Positions 39,158 through 48,595 of a stretch of DNA of 64,000 nt are shown in pieces; the first letter of the stretch is position 1; every line of letters starts with the position of its first letter. The notes beneath the pieces are model-generated. The model was not told where the DNA came from. It did not search any database and was given only the letters and a program-made list of their open reading frames with translations. This stretch comes from an uncultured bacterium. GTDB taxonomy: Bacteria > Bacillota_I > Bacilli_A > RFN20 > CAG-826. Location: contig CASGDR010000001.1 in assembly GCA_949300345.1 (NCBI GenBank), forward strand, positions 328,695 to 392,694. Direction: 5' to 3'. The translations under genes were made by a program, and so were the position numbers.

Positions 39158-40590
39158 AAGTCGGCATTTCCAAACAATTCATCGATCTGCTTTCGCAGTC
39201 CAAGGGGCACGCCCTAAGCGACCAAAGGGCCAAAGCCCGGCTCTTGGGCGACGCCTTCAACATCCTCTTCATGATCCCGGGATACGAAAACGGCAGGCGC
39301 CACAATTTCCAAAACGGCTATGAGGTCTATATGGGCCCGGGCTCCAGCCGCATCATCGTCTATGTATCCTCCAAGGAAAGGATCATCGTGAAGGCTGATA
39401 AGCACGATACCCTATACGATGGGGCCAGCTACCTCGTGGCCGAGAAGCCGGAGGCCTATGTCTATGCCGAACTTTCCGAGCTCGCGGCCCAAGGCTTTGC
39501 CCCCAAGCATGAAGATAAGCTCCTCGATGCCTTGCTTTCATTCGGCTTCCCCTATCCCTTCGTCATGCTGCTGGATAGGTTGGATGAAGGAATCAGAAGC
39601 CAAATCGTATTGAAGGAAAAAATCGACGGGGCCCTTGAAGTCCAAGCCAAACTCGAAAAAGCCAGGAAGGAAGCCACCAGGCTATATTCCCAATCGGTGG
39701 CCATGGCCTCGTTCCAGGAAAAGGAAAACGCGGCCCAGAAGGCCCGTGCCAAGCTCTTGGCCCAGCAGAAAGAAGAAGAGAAGAAGATCGAAGTCACCAT
39801 CATCGAGCCCGTCGAAGAGGTTATTGTCCAGACTCCGGCCAAGAAGGAAGAACCCTCCAAGGCCCTGCCCATCCAAAAAACCAAGGAAGAAAAGATCGTG
39901 GTCGACCCGGCCGCTTTGGAAAGGGCGATCCTTCGTTCCTTGGAAGAGAATTACAAAAAGCAAATCGAGAAATATAGCAAGATCAAAAAGGTGCCGCTGC
40001 GCCACGCGATACTTGCACCCAACGAATTCATCATCAAGTACACCGACCTCGGCGACTTGTTCAAGAAACTCGAAAGAAGGGTCCGCCGCTCGGGCTTAAA
40101 GCAATCGCGCGAAGGCTGGCTCATCCTTTTGGCCACCACGGTGCCCGAAGACCTCTATGATATTCTGGATAGCCATTATCCGGGCAAGGTCAAATACACC
40201 GATGATCCCAAGAAGGGAAAACTCGAGACGGCCATCATCATCAAGAAGGCCAAACCCGAGGACATCGAAGAAGCCGATCCGGGAGTCAAGAAGGTCAAGA
40301 CCAAGACCAAGCAATTCGAAGCCACCATCAGGGAATCTCTCGAGCAAGACGACGAGCTTCCCGACTTCCTGAAGTTCTTCCTAGACGAGGACGAGGAGGA
40401 AATCGAAAGTTCCTTCTTCGAAGAGGAAGAGGAAACTGCCCCCATCGAAATAGGGCCCAGCCATCCCAAGCATTGGCACTGCTACGTCTGCGGGAAGAAG
40501 AAGCTCTACCACGATGAGCCGGCCAAGACCATTACCCTCACCAACGGCAAAACGGCCTACCTATGCAAGAAACACAAGAATGCCCTCTAA
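39154..40590 (+). CDS. hypothetical Lys/Glu-rich protein with a C-terminal zinc ribbon; possible RelE/ParE-like N-terminal fold
   Basis: 478 aa. The N-terminal roughly 95 aa are GYEVYMGPGSSRIIVYVSSKERIIVKADKHDTLY. The middle is low-complexity K/E/A-rich coiled-coil-like. The C-terminus is HWHCYVCGKKK ... YLCKKHKNAL (CxxC...CxxH). Confidence 0.45.
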   Translation: MKVGISKQFIDLLSQSKGHALSDQRAKARLLGDAFNILFMIPGYENGRRHNFQNGYEVYMGPGSSRIIVYVSSKERIIVKADKHDTLYDGASYLVAEKPEAYVYAELSELAAQGFAPKHEDKLLDALLSFGFPYPFVMLLDRLDEGIRSQIVLKEKIDGALEVQAKLEKARKEATRLYSQSVAMASFQEKENAAQKARAKLLAQQKEEEKKIEVTIIEPVEEVIVQTPAKKEEPSKALPIQKTKEEKIVVDPAALERAILRSLEENYKKQIEKYSKIKKVPLRHAILAPNEFIIKYTDLGDLFKKLERRVRRSGLKQSREGWLILLATTVPEDLYDILDSHYPGKVKYTDDPKKGKLETAIIIKKAKPEDIEEADPGVKKVKTKTKQFEATIRESLEQDDELPDFLKFFLDEDEEEIESSFFEEEEETAPIEIGPSHPKHWHCYVCGKKKLYHDEPAKTITLTNGKTAYLCKKHKNAL

Positions 40591-41327
40591 TCAAGGAGGG
40601 CTTTTTTGACTGACATGGGATCGATGTTTTCATAGGTTAGGGTATCGACCAGGCCTTTGTATCTTTCCAATTGCTCAAGGTTTTCAATGGTGTAGCAATT
40701 TAGGATTCCGCCCTTTTTGCGGTATTTCTGCACGGATTTTTCTTCAATCAGGGGCAATTCGACATCAAGGGTTTCGAAAAATCCCTTCAGCATCAGGATG
40801 GATTTTACCTTGGTGGTCACCAGCAATCCCCTGACATAGCCCTTCCCAAAGGCCCATAAGGCCCTGGGGTCGAAGGAGATGACCATGACGTTTTCCCTAT
40901 GTGTAATGTTGCTATCAAGATAATGCCTAAGGGCCTTGCCGATCTTCCTAGCCCAGGCTCCCCTGCCTTTGATTTCCTCGGGGACCTTGATTTCCACGAC
41001 CATGGGCACCTCCCCATGGTTTAGGGCAATGACCTCCTCCAAACTGGGAATGGGCGAGCCATCGGGCAAGCGATGCTTACGGATTTCCTCAAAGGTCAGT
41101 TCCTCGATGAACCCCTCTTCCTTGGTCATCCTCCTAAGATCGGAATCATGGATGACTACAAAACGGCCGTCTTTACTTAGATGGACATCGAATTCAAAGG
41201 CCAGGCCTTTGCCTATGGCATTATTAAAGGCCCTGAGGCTATTTTCGGGCGCTAGCGCATCATGCAGTCCCCGGTGGGCCACCCCTTCCATGATGGCCCT
41301 AGGCATATCCTTCCTTTTGGCTTTCAT
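40587..41327 (-). CDS. glycerophosphodiester phosphodiesterase
   Basis: GDPD motifs VAHRG, EFDVHLSKDG and VVIHD. The track start at 41333 is TTG; the ATG chosen is 41327, with 41306 as an alternative. Confidence 0.7.
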   Translation of the reverse strand: MKAKRKDMPRAIMEGVAHRGLHDALAPENSLRAFNNAIGKGLAFEFDVHLSKDGRFVVIHDSDLRRMTKEEGFIEELTFEEIRKHRLPDGSPIPSLEEVIALNHGEVPMVVEIKVPEEIKGRGAWARKIGKALRHYLDSNITHRENVMVISFDPRALWAFGKGYVRGLLVTTKVKSILMLKGFFETLDVELPLIEEKSVQKYRKKGGILNCYTIENLEQLERYKGLVDTLTYENIDPMSVKKALLD

Positions 41328-41387
41328 CTTCAAGATTGTTGTCCTAGAAAAGTTATTTGAAAAGGCCCGGTTTCCCGAGCCTATATA

Positions 41388-42830
41388 TCAGTTGAGGGGT
41401 CCTAGGACCGGGAGCAAGGCTCCCTTGATGGTATTTTCCTTGGACTCGCGCCCGTACTTATCAACGCTGGCGGCATCGCGCAGCTCATGGGTCAAACAGC
41501 AGGGTCCTCCGATACAGCCGTTGAAGCAGGCCATGCCTTCGATGAAGTTGCCCTGGAGTGTATGGTTCTTCATCTGCATCAGGGCCGTGCGGCATCCGTC
41601 AAGTCCGGAGACGTTGACCGGTTTGTAATCAAAGTCCTCGATGCCCCTTTCCTTGAGGGCCTGGGCCACCGCGTCGCGAAGTCCGCCCGAGCGGGCAAAG
41701 ATACGACCGAAGTAGGAGGCATTGTCCAAAGGCTTTTCTTCCAAAGTGGGCAGATCGATCTGATAGGCATCGATCAGGGCCTGGAGTTCTTCGAATGTGA
41801 TGATGCAGTCGACATAGGGAGCGTTCTTGTTGGGCTCGAACTGCTCCATCTTCTTGGCGATGCAGGGACCGCAGAAGATGGTCTTGCAATCCGGATCGTT
41901 CTGCTTGAGCCACTGGGCAATCCTGGCCATCGGCGAGAGATTGTGGCTGATCTTTTCCTTGAGTTCGGGGAAGGAGGTTTCGATGTAGTGGACGAAGGCC
42001 GGGCAGCAGGAAGAGGTGAGTTCCCCTTTCTCGGCGAGCTCCTTGGCTTCGTCATAGGCGGTCATGTCGGCGCCGAGGGCGGCTTCCACGACTTCGTGGG
42101 CCCCGAGCAACTTGATGCCGGTGACGACCTGGCCGAGCTTGGCATAGTGGAATTGGCTGGAAATGGACGGGGCCACGATCATGTAGGCCTTGCATTTGCC
42201 GGCTTTGCAATCCTTGAGGATGTCGATGCAGTTTAGGATATAGGACTTATCGACGATGGCGCCGAAGGGACAGGCATAGGAGCAGGCCCCGCAGCGGGTG
42301 CACTTGCCCTCGTCGATTTCGGCGATGCCGTCGGGCCTAGCGTGGATGGCCTTGATCTTGCAGGAGGCCTCGCAGGGGCGGACCCTCTTGATGATGGCCT
42401 GATAGGGGCAGTTTTTGGCGCACATCCCGCACTGGACGCATTGGCTCTTGTCGATATGGGCATGAAGTTCCGGCCCGAAGCTGATGCACTTCTTGGGGCA
42501 GTTCTGGGCGCAGCGGTGGGCCAAGCATCCGCGGCAGGCATCGGTGACTTCCATCCCGCCGATCGGGCACTGATCGCAGGCCGCGTCGATGATTTCGAGC
42601 ATGTTGGGGTTGTTTTTGTCCCCGCCCATCGCAATTTTGACGCGCTCGGCGGCGATGGCCCTTTCCTTATAGATGCAACAGCGCATCGTGGGCTTGGGAC
42701 CCGGGGCAATGCGCTTGGGGATATCCACGATATCCTCCATCAGGGTGCCCCTATCGTAGGAAATCGCCACTTCCTTGAGAACCCGGTATTTGAGTTCCTG
42801 CACTTTGGTATCGAATTTCGGCTGTACCAT
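41388..42830 (-). CDS. [FeFe]-hydrogenase-family protein (H-cluster domain with N-terminal ferredoxin-like 4Fe-4S clusters, no PAS domain)
   Basis: H-cluster motifs L1 TSSCCPAFV, L2 FCGPCIAKKME, L3 EGMACFNGCIGGPCC. Three N-terminal Cys4 clusters (CDQCPIGG ... CRGC ... C, CVQCGMCAKNCP, CTRCGACSYACP). AGGAGA RBS. Confidence 0.8.
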   Translation of the reverse strand: MVQPKFDTKVQELKYRVLKEVAISYDRGTLMEDIVDIPKRIAPGPKPTMRCCIYKERAIAAERVKIAMGGDKNNPNMLEIIDAACDQCPIGGMEVTDACRGCLAHRCAQNCPKKCISFGPELHAHIDKSQCVQCGMCAKNCPYQAIIKRVRPCEASCKIKAIHARPDGIAEIDEGKCTRCGACSYACPFGAIVDKSYILNCIDILKDCKAGKCKAYMIVAPSISSQFHYAKLGQVVTGIKLLGAHEVVEAALGADMTAYDEAKELAEKGELTSSCCPAFVHYIETSFPELKEKISHNLSPMARIAQWLKQNDPDCKTIFCGPCIAKKMEQFEPNKNAPYVDCIITFEELQALIDAYQIDLPTLEEKPLDNASYFGRIFARSGGLRDAVAQALKERGIEDFDYKPVNVSGLDGCRTALMQMKNHTLQGNFIEGMACFNGCIGGPCCLTHELRDAASVDKYGRESKENTIKGALLPVLGPLN

Positions 42831-42841
42831 GTTTAGTCTCC

Positions 42842-44017
42842 TTAGAAATAGGCAACCTTGACCCTCTTGCCCATGAGTTTGAGCTTCGAGCTGAGCTTCT
42901 CGACGATCTGCATCTTCATATTGAAGCCGATATCATAGCGCGGGTCCTGATGGGCCGCGTTGATCGCACATCCGACATAGAAATCGATGTCGGTGGCTTC
43001 TTCGAAGAGCATCTTGGCGATGCGGCTGGCCCCATCCTGGCGGTAGGCCCACTCGAAGTATTTGTTGTTTTGTCCCAGATAGTCGTCGGCTAGGGACAAG
43101 ACCCGGTTGAGGGTGATGACCCCCTCTGTGGTCAGATCCACCCCTTCGATGGTCGAAGTGGGTGGGATTTCCCGGTCTTCATAGACCAGGCTTGGCAAGA
43201 CCGGCTTGCCCAGGAAATTGGAGGCAATCTTCGCGGTCGTGCCCCCGCAGACTATATGCTTCCCTTTTTTTGAAAAAAAGAGGGAAAGCATTTTGGTGTC
43301 GTCTTCTTTGTGGGTCGGAGGCCCGATGGCGATGCTCACCTGGCTTCTCTTCCTCAGTTTGATGGCGGCCGAGGTGGTGTCGTCGCCGGGATGGCCGTTA
43401 TAGAGGTCATTGCAGCGGCTGACCACCATGGTCGCGAGGATTTTGGCGGTGAAGGAGGGAGCGTATAGCCCTTCCAGGTAATTGACGATTTCCTTGCGTC
43501 CCCAGCCGAAGTTCAGGGTCTCCCCGACCCCGGCATAAATGCAGCCATCCGACATCGCTAGGATCGAATCCCCGGGATATAGACGGGTCTCGGCGGTCAT
43601 GATTTCCTTACCATCGGTTAGGGTTTTGCGGTAAACGAGGGGGAATTCACGGCCTTCGCGAAGTAGGACCGGCAAGGGATTGTCATAGTTATAGACATAG
43701 GCCCTATCCCCGTCCTTGACCAAGATTACGGTAAAGGTGCAATAGGCGATATTGCCCCTATCCTTGGCCACCGGAAGGGAGGCCACGAGGGCATCGACGC
43801 ACTCCTCGATGGAAAGCCCGGAGGAGACCATCGAGCTAAGGATGGTCGAGGTCAAGGTGGACAAGACCGCGGCCTTGACCCCCGAGCCTAGCCCATCGGC
43901 CAATACCAAGACCTGGGTATCCCCTTCGTCGAGGTATTGGACATGGTCCCCGCAGAGCTCCTCGCCCTTTTTGTTCAAAGAGAGGTAGCCCGCTTCAAGG
44001 ACGCAGTCTTCATTCAT
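42842..44017 (-). CDS. PP2C/SpoIIE-family serine phosphatase with an uncharacterised roughly 170-aa C-terminal domain
   Basis: PP2C motifs CGDHVQ ... VLADGLGSGVKA ... MSDG ... GHPGDDTT. The C-terminal region (GKHIVCGGTTAKI ...) is not assignable. The track start at 44023 is GTG; the ATG at 44017 has an AAAGG RBS. Overlaps the upstream hydS stop. Confidence 0.7.
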   Translation of the reverse strand: MNEDCVLEAGYLSLNKKGEELCGDHVQYLDEGDTQVLVLADGLGSGVKAAVLSTLTSTILSSMVSSGLSIEECVDALVASLPVAKDRGNIAYCTFTVILVKDGDRAYVYNYDNPLPVLLREGREFPLVYRKTLTDGKEIMTAETRLYPGDSILAMSDGCIYAGVGETLNFGWGRKEIVNYLEGLYAPSFTAKILATMVVSRCNDLYNGHPGDDTTSAAIKLRKRSQVSIAIGPPTHKEDDTKMLSLFFSKKGKHIVCGGTTAKIASNFLGKPVLPSLVYEDREIPPTSTIEGVDLTTEGVITLNRVLSLADDYLGQNNKYFEWAYRQDGASRIAKMLFEEATDIDFYVGCAINAAHQDPRYDIGFNMKMQIVEKLSSKLKLMGKRVKVAYF

Positions 44018-45692
44018 CGCCACGGCCTTTCTCCAAAGCCGCCTTCAGCTTGTTGAGGGCGACCTTGGTATCGGCGGCCGATTCGCCTAATAATAGGGCG
44101 ATTTCCTGGACCGCCTTCATGTGCTTGGCAACGACTTCGTCGGCGATGGCGACGGTTTCCTTGGTCTTCTCGTCGGTGGCGATGCGGCGCTTCCTGGCTT
44201 CGGTCACGTCGCGGTAGATGCCGATGAGAATGTGGTATTCCTTGTCGTGGGTGATTGTGAGTTCCGTAAAGCGTCCATAGTCGCTTAGGTATTCTCGCTT
44301 GTTGATGATCGGCGTCCCGTTTAGGGCCAATACGAAGGGTTCGGGATTGAGGATTGAAGCCAAATTGGAATGGATGAGGACGGAGGTGTCCTTGATGTTG
44401 AGCAATTCCCCCATCTTGGGGTTGACCAGCTGCAGGGTCAGATCCTCGCTGGCGACGATGATGCCGTTATTGGAGGAGCTGACGATGGAATTGGAGAAGG
44501 AGCGGGCCTTGCCCATCAGATAAGGCAGGCACATTTCCAGATTGGCCTTGCCGGTGATGACGGCCTTGGCCTTCTCGCGGCAGGTCTTATAGCCGCAGCA
44601 GGCGCAGTTGAGCTCGTCGGCCTTTGAGGATTTGCCGATCTCGTGAAGGACGTGCCTTATCTCTTCTTCCGAGGGTTCGGCTTCGATGACCCCGAGGGGG
44701 CGGAATTCCTTCTTGATGGATAAAGCGGTCTCCTCTTTGGCCTCGAAGTCTTCCTTCCCGGCCGAGCGGACGGTATCCAAATAGGCTTTCAAAGAGGGCC
44801 GTTTGGCATCAATGGCCGGGCCGTTGATGCAGCTGCCGGTGCAGCCGCTCATCTCGATGAAGGCCTTGTGGATCTTGCCCTCCTTGATTCCGTCGAGGGC
44901 GTGGCGGACTTCGTCCATCCCCGAAATCGGAAGATAGACATAATCACTATTCGGGCGGTCCATGGTCTTTAGGATTCCCCCGTCGGTGGGGAAAACCCTG
45001 GCCTTGGATTTGGTAAGGGGCTTAGCCTCTTCGGCTTCGACGGCAATGCCGTCTTCCTCGAGCATCTTCTTCAGCTCAAGGAAGGTCAGCACGCAGTCGT
45101 CATAGCCCTTATAGACATCGATCTCGTCTTTCTTGGAGATGCAGGGCCCGATGAAGATTACTGTATGGCCGGGCTTCCTTTCCTTGATGTCCCTAGCGTG
45201 GGCCAGCATCGGGGAAAGGTAGGGTGCGAGGCAGCCGATCAGCTCCGGATAGTATTTCTCCACGGTGAGGTTGACCGAGTGGCAGCAGGTGGAAATGATC
45301 ACGTCCTTCTCGGCTTTGGCTACTTCCTCGTCATAAAGCCTTTTGACGATGGTAGCCCCGATGGCAGTCTCTTCGGCGTCCTCGAAACCGAGCTGGATGA
45401 GAGCCCGCTTCAAAGAAGCAAAAGAGGCCTCCGGGAAGGCCGAAAGGTAGGATGGGGCCACCGAAGCGACGCAGTGGCCTGATTGGATCAGGCTCCTGGC
45501 CGCTCCGATGTCGTTTCTGATCTTCTTGGCGCCTTGGGGGCAAGCCAAATAGCAACGGCCGCAATAGACGCAGCCGTCCTGGATGATGCGCGCGACCGAA
45601 TCGCGAAAGGCGATCGACTTGGTCGGACACACCCGGATGCACTTGTAGCAGCTTCGGCAGTCAAGCGCCTCGCTGACCAAAGGGTAAGCCAC
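44010..45692 (-). CDS. hydS: HydS-type putative sensory [FeFe]-hydrogenase (ferredoxin-like N-terminus, H-domain, extra Cys4 motif and C-terminal PAS domain)
   Basis: N-terminal 2x[4Fe-4S] (CRSCYKCIRVCP, CVYCGRCYLACP). Variant H-cluster motifs L1 STCCHSV, L2 FIGPCISKKDE, L3 EMSGCTGSCINGPA. Additional CACCGYKTC motif. PAS-like C-terminal roughly 110 aa. GTG start with a GAGGA RBS. Confidence 0.75.
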   Translation of the reverse strand: MAYPLVSEALDCRSCYKCIRVCPTKSIAFRDSVARIIQDGCVYCGRCYLACPQGAKKIRNDIGAARSLIQSGHCVASVAPSYLSAFPEASFASLKRALIQLGFEDAEETAIGATIVKRLYDEEVAKAEKDVIISTCCHSVNLTVEKYYPELIGCLAPYLSPMLAHARDIKERKPGHTVIFIGPCISKKDEIDVYKGYDDCVLTFLELKKMLEEDGIAVEAEEAKPLTKSKARVFPTDGGILKTMDRPNSDYVYLPISGMDEVRHALDGIKEGKIHKAFIEMSGCTGSCINGPAIDAKRPSLKAYLDTVRSAGKEDFEAKEETALSIKKEFRPLGVIEAEPSEEEIRHVLHEIGKSSKADELNCACCGYKTCREKAKAVITGKANLEMCLPYLMGKARSFSNSIVSSSNNGIIVASEDLTLQLVNPKMGELLNIKDTSVLIHSNLASILNPEPFVLALNGTPIINKREYLSDYGRFTELTITHDKEYHILIGIYRDVTEARKRRIATDEKTKETVAIADEVVAKHMKAVQEIALLLGESAADTKVALNKLKAALEKGRGDE

Positions 45693-45722
45693 TTTTCCTC
45701 ATCTCCTTGAAAATGGGAACCG

Positions 45723-45971
45723 CTATAGGAGCGGGAGGACTTCTTTTTCGAAGACCTCCCGGCAATTGGCGGTGGTAACCCCGGTCACGATCTTGTCCTC
45801 GACCTTGATGGAGACGCCGGCAAAGCCGCACTTGCCGAGGCAGAATGCCGCGGACAGCTTCACGGTGTCTCCCAAGCCGCGGTCGGCTACCTCCTTCTGA
45901 AAGGCTCCGATGACATCATAGGAGTCCTTCAGGTGGCAGCTCGAACCGACACAGATGGCGACGGTTACCAT
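45723..45971 (-). CDS. thioredoxin-like [2Fe-2S] ferredoxin (NuoE/HndA-like small Fe-S protein)
   Basis: 82 aa with the Cys pattern CVGSSC ... (31 aa) ... CLGKC. Its start overlaps the adhE stop. Confidence 0.55.
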   Translation of the reverse strand: MVTVAICVGSSCHLKDSYDVIGAFQKEVADRGLGDTVKLSAAFCLGKCGFAGVSIKVEDKIVTGVTTANCREVFEKEVLPLL

Positions 45972-45972
45972 G

Positions 45973-48594
45973 TTAGTTTCCCTTATAGGCGTTGCGCATG
46001 ATTTGGATCATATCGGGGATCAGGGGCACCTTGGGGTTGGCCGGGGTGCACTGGTCCTCGTAGGCCGCATATGCGAGTTCTTCGAGGTGGGATTCCCACT
46101 GCTTCTCATCGGGGACGAGGGAGCAGAAGTTCATGTCGATGCCGATTTCCTTGCCTAAGGCAAGCACGGCATCGGCGAGGGCCTTGACGCCTTCTTCCGG
46201 AGTGGAATGGGGCAAGCCCAGGGTCTTGGCGATGGCCTGGTATTTGCGGTCGCATTCGTACTCTTCGTACTTGGGCCAGATAGAGAGCTTGCTGGGCACG
46301 GTGCCGTTATAGCGGATGACGTGCGGGAGCAAGATGGCGCAGGTGCGGCCGTGGACGGTGTGGAATTCGGCACCGATCTTGTGGGCCATGGAGTGGGCGA
46401 TGCCAAGGAAGGCGTTGGCAAAGGCCATGCCGGCGATGGAGGCAGCATTGTGCATCTTTTCGCGGGCCTTGGGATCGCTCTTGCCGTTTTTGACGCAGCG
46501 GGGCAGATATTCGAAGACCAGACGGATGGCTTCCAGGGCTAGGCCGTCGGTGTAATCGCTGGCCATGACCGAGGTGTAGGCCTCGATGGCGTGGGTGAGC
46601 ACGTCCATGCCGGTTTCGGCGGTCGACTTGGCAGGCAGGAAGGTAGTGAACTCCGGATCGACGATGGCGATGGTCGGAGTAAGGCTATAGTCGGTCAGCG
46701 GGTACTTCTTGAAGTTGGCCTTGTCGGAAATGACGGCGAAGGGGGTAACTTCGGACCCGGTGCCGGAAGTGGTCGGGATGCAGATGAGCTTGGTCTTCTG
46801 ACCGAGTTCGGGATATTTGAAGGCGCGCTTGCGGATATCCATGAACTTCTGCTTGAGGTCGTCGAAGTTGACTTCGGGGTGTTCATAGAACAGCCACATG
46901 ACCTTGGCCGCGTCCATCGGGGAGCCGCCGCCGAGGGCAATGATTGTATCGGGCTGGAACTGCTGCATCAGGGCCACGCCGCGCTTGACGGTCGTGATGT
47001 CCGGATCGGGTTCGACTTCGCTGAAGAGCTGGTAGGTCACCTTGTTGCGGCGCTGGTTGAGCTCGTCGATGATCTTGTTGAGGAAGCCGAGCTCGACCAT
47101 GGAGCGGTCGGTGACGATGAAGACCTTGCCGACCTCTTTGGCCGAGCGCAGGTACTGGATGGAATTGCGTTCGAAATAGATCTTGCGCGGTACTTTGAAC
47201 CACTGCATGGTGTTTCTCCTTTTGCCGACTTGCTTGATGTTCAGTAGATTGATGGCCGAAACGTTTCCGGCGACCGAGTTATGCCCGTATGAGCCGCAGC
47301 CCAAGGTGAGCGAAGGCAGGAAGGAGTTATAGACGTTGCCGATGCCGCCGAAGGTGGTCGGCTGGTTCCAAAGCACGCGGATGGCCTTGACGGTATCGCC
47401 GAACTTATCGGCCATTTCCTGGTCATGGCAGTGGATGCCGGCGGAGTGTCCGAGGCCGCCGAATTCGAGCATGGCTTCCGAGAGCCTGGTGCCCTCTTCG
47501 ATGCCCTTGACCTTATAGATGGCAAGGACCGGCGAGAGCTTTTCGCGGGACATCGGTTCCTTGGGTCCGACTTCCTTGCATTCCACGACGAGAATGGAGG
47601 TATTGGCCGGGACTTCGAAGCCGGAGTTGCGGGCGATTTCCACGCTGGACATGCCGGCGACGGCGGCGTTGAGCCTCGCGTTTTCGACGCCTTCTTCGCC
47701 CTTGGAAACCCCGAACATGTACTTCTCGAGCTTGCGGGCTTCCTCCGCGGTAGCGATGTGGGCATGGAATTTCTTGAGGTAGCTAACCACGTCCTTGTAA
47801 ATCGGCTCGTCGACGAAGATGGCCGATTCGGAAGCGCAGATCATGCCGTTGTCGAAGTTCTTGGAAATGAGGACGTCGTTGACGGCCCTTTCCACTTCGG
47901 CGGAACGGTCGATGTAGCACGGGACGTTGCCGGCCCCGACGCCGAGGGCGGGTTTGCCGCAGCTATAGGCGGCATTGACCATGGCGTTGCCGCCGGTCGC
48001 CAGGATGGTGGCGATGCCCGGGTGCTTCATCAAGGCGCTGGTGGCATCCATGCTGGGGTGCTCGACCCATTGGATGCAGTTTTCCGGAGCCCCGGCAGCC
48101 ACGGCGGCGTCACGCATGACGATGGCGGCAGCCTTGGAGCATTCCTGGGCCTTGGGATGGAAGGCAAAGACGATCGGGTTGCGGGTCTTGATGCAGATGA
48201 GCGACTTGAAGATGACCGTCGAGGTCGGGTTGGTGACCGGGGTGATGCCGCAGACCACGCCGACGGGTTCGGCGATGCGGGTGATGCCGGTGACCGGATT
48301 GGAATCGATGATGCCGACGGTCTTCAGATGCCTCATGTTGTTTACCACGTATTCGCAGGCAAACAGGTTCTTGGTGGCCTTGTCTTCGAAGCAGCCCCTC
48401 TTGGTCTCTTCGATGGCCTTGCGGGCCAAAATGCCGTGGTGATCGAGGCCGGCTACCGACATCTTGGCGACTATGTAGTCAATTTTTTCCTGGTCGAAGC
48501 TGGCAAATTCGTCAAGGGCCTTCAAACCCTTTTTGACCAGGGCGTCCACTTCGGCCTGAGCAGCCTCGGCCGGGGTGAGTTTTTTCTCTTCCAT
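45973..48594 (-). CDS. adhE: bifunctional acetaldehyde-CoA / alcohol dehydrogenase
   Basis: 873 aa. N-terminal ALDH domain followed by a C-terminal iron-containing ADH domain (GGGSPMDAAK ... iron-ligand histidines). AGGAGG RBS lying inside the 3' end of rex. Confidence 0.9.
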   Translation of the reverse strand: MEEKKLTPAEAAQAEVDALVKKGLKALDEFASFDQEKIDYIVAKMSVAGLDHHGILARKAIEETKRGCFEDKATKNLFACEYVVNNMRHLKTVGIIDSNPVTGITRIAEPVGVVCGITPVTNPTSTVIFKSLICIKTRNPIVFAFHPKAQECSKAAAIVMRDAAVAAGAPENCIQWVEHPSMDATSALMKHPGIATILATGGNAMVNAAYSCGKPALGVGAGNVPCYIDRSAEVERAVNDVLISKNFDNGMICASESAIFVDEPIYKDVVSYLKKFHAHIATAEEARKLEKYMFGVSKGEEGVENARLNAAVAGMSSVEIARNSGFEVPANTSILVVECKEVGPKEPMSREKLSPVLAIYKVKGIEEGTRLSEAMLEFGGLGHSAGIHCHDQEMADKFGDTVKAIRVLWNQPTTFGGIGNVYNSFLPSLTLGCGSYGHNSVAGNVSAINLLNIKQVGKRRNTMQWFKVPRKIYFERNSIQYLRSAKEVGKVFIVTDRSMVELGFLNKIIDELNQRRNKVTYQLFSEVEPDPDITTVKRGVALMQQFQPDTIIALGGGSPMDAAKVMWLFYEHPEVNFDDLKQKFMDIRKRAFKYPELGQKTKLICIPTTSGTGSEVTPFAVISDKANFKKYPLTDYSLTPTIAIVDPEFTTFLPAKSTAETGMDVLTHAIEAYTSVMASDYTDGLALEAIRLVFEYLPRCVKNGKSDPKAREKMHNAASIAGMAFANAFLGIAHSMAHKIGAEFHTVHGRTCAILLPHVIRYNGTVPSKLSIWPKYEEYECDRKYQAIAKTLGLPHSTPEEGVKALADAVLALGKEIGIDMNFCSLVPDEKQWESHLEELAYAAYEDQCTPANPKVPLIPDMIQIMRNAYKGN

Positions 48595-48595
48595 C

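Noticed and set aside
39635-40099. Arg/Lys/Ser-rich 154-aa plus ORF and several minus ORFs overlapping the K/E-rich gene
   Set aside because: Alternative-frame artefacts of the low-complexity AAG/GAA-rich coding sequence.
41487-42836. Multiple Arg/Pro/Ala-rich ORFs (for example 42233..42709) within the hydrogenase genes
   Set aside because: Out-of-frame or antisense ORFs in GC-rich coding DNA. The in-frame genes carry complete H-cluster motifs.
46155-47765. Several 100-220-aa ORFs on both strands inside adhE
   Set aside because: Shadow ORFs. AdhE is an uninterrupted 873-aa frame with conserved ALDH and Fe-ADH motifs.
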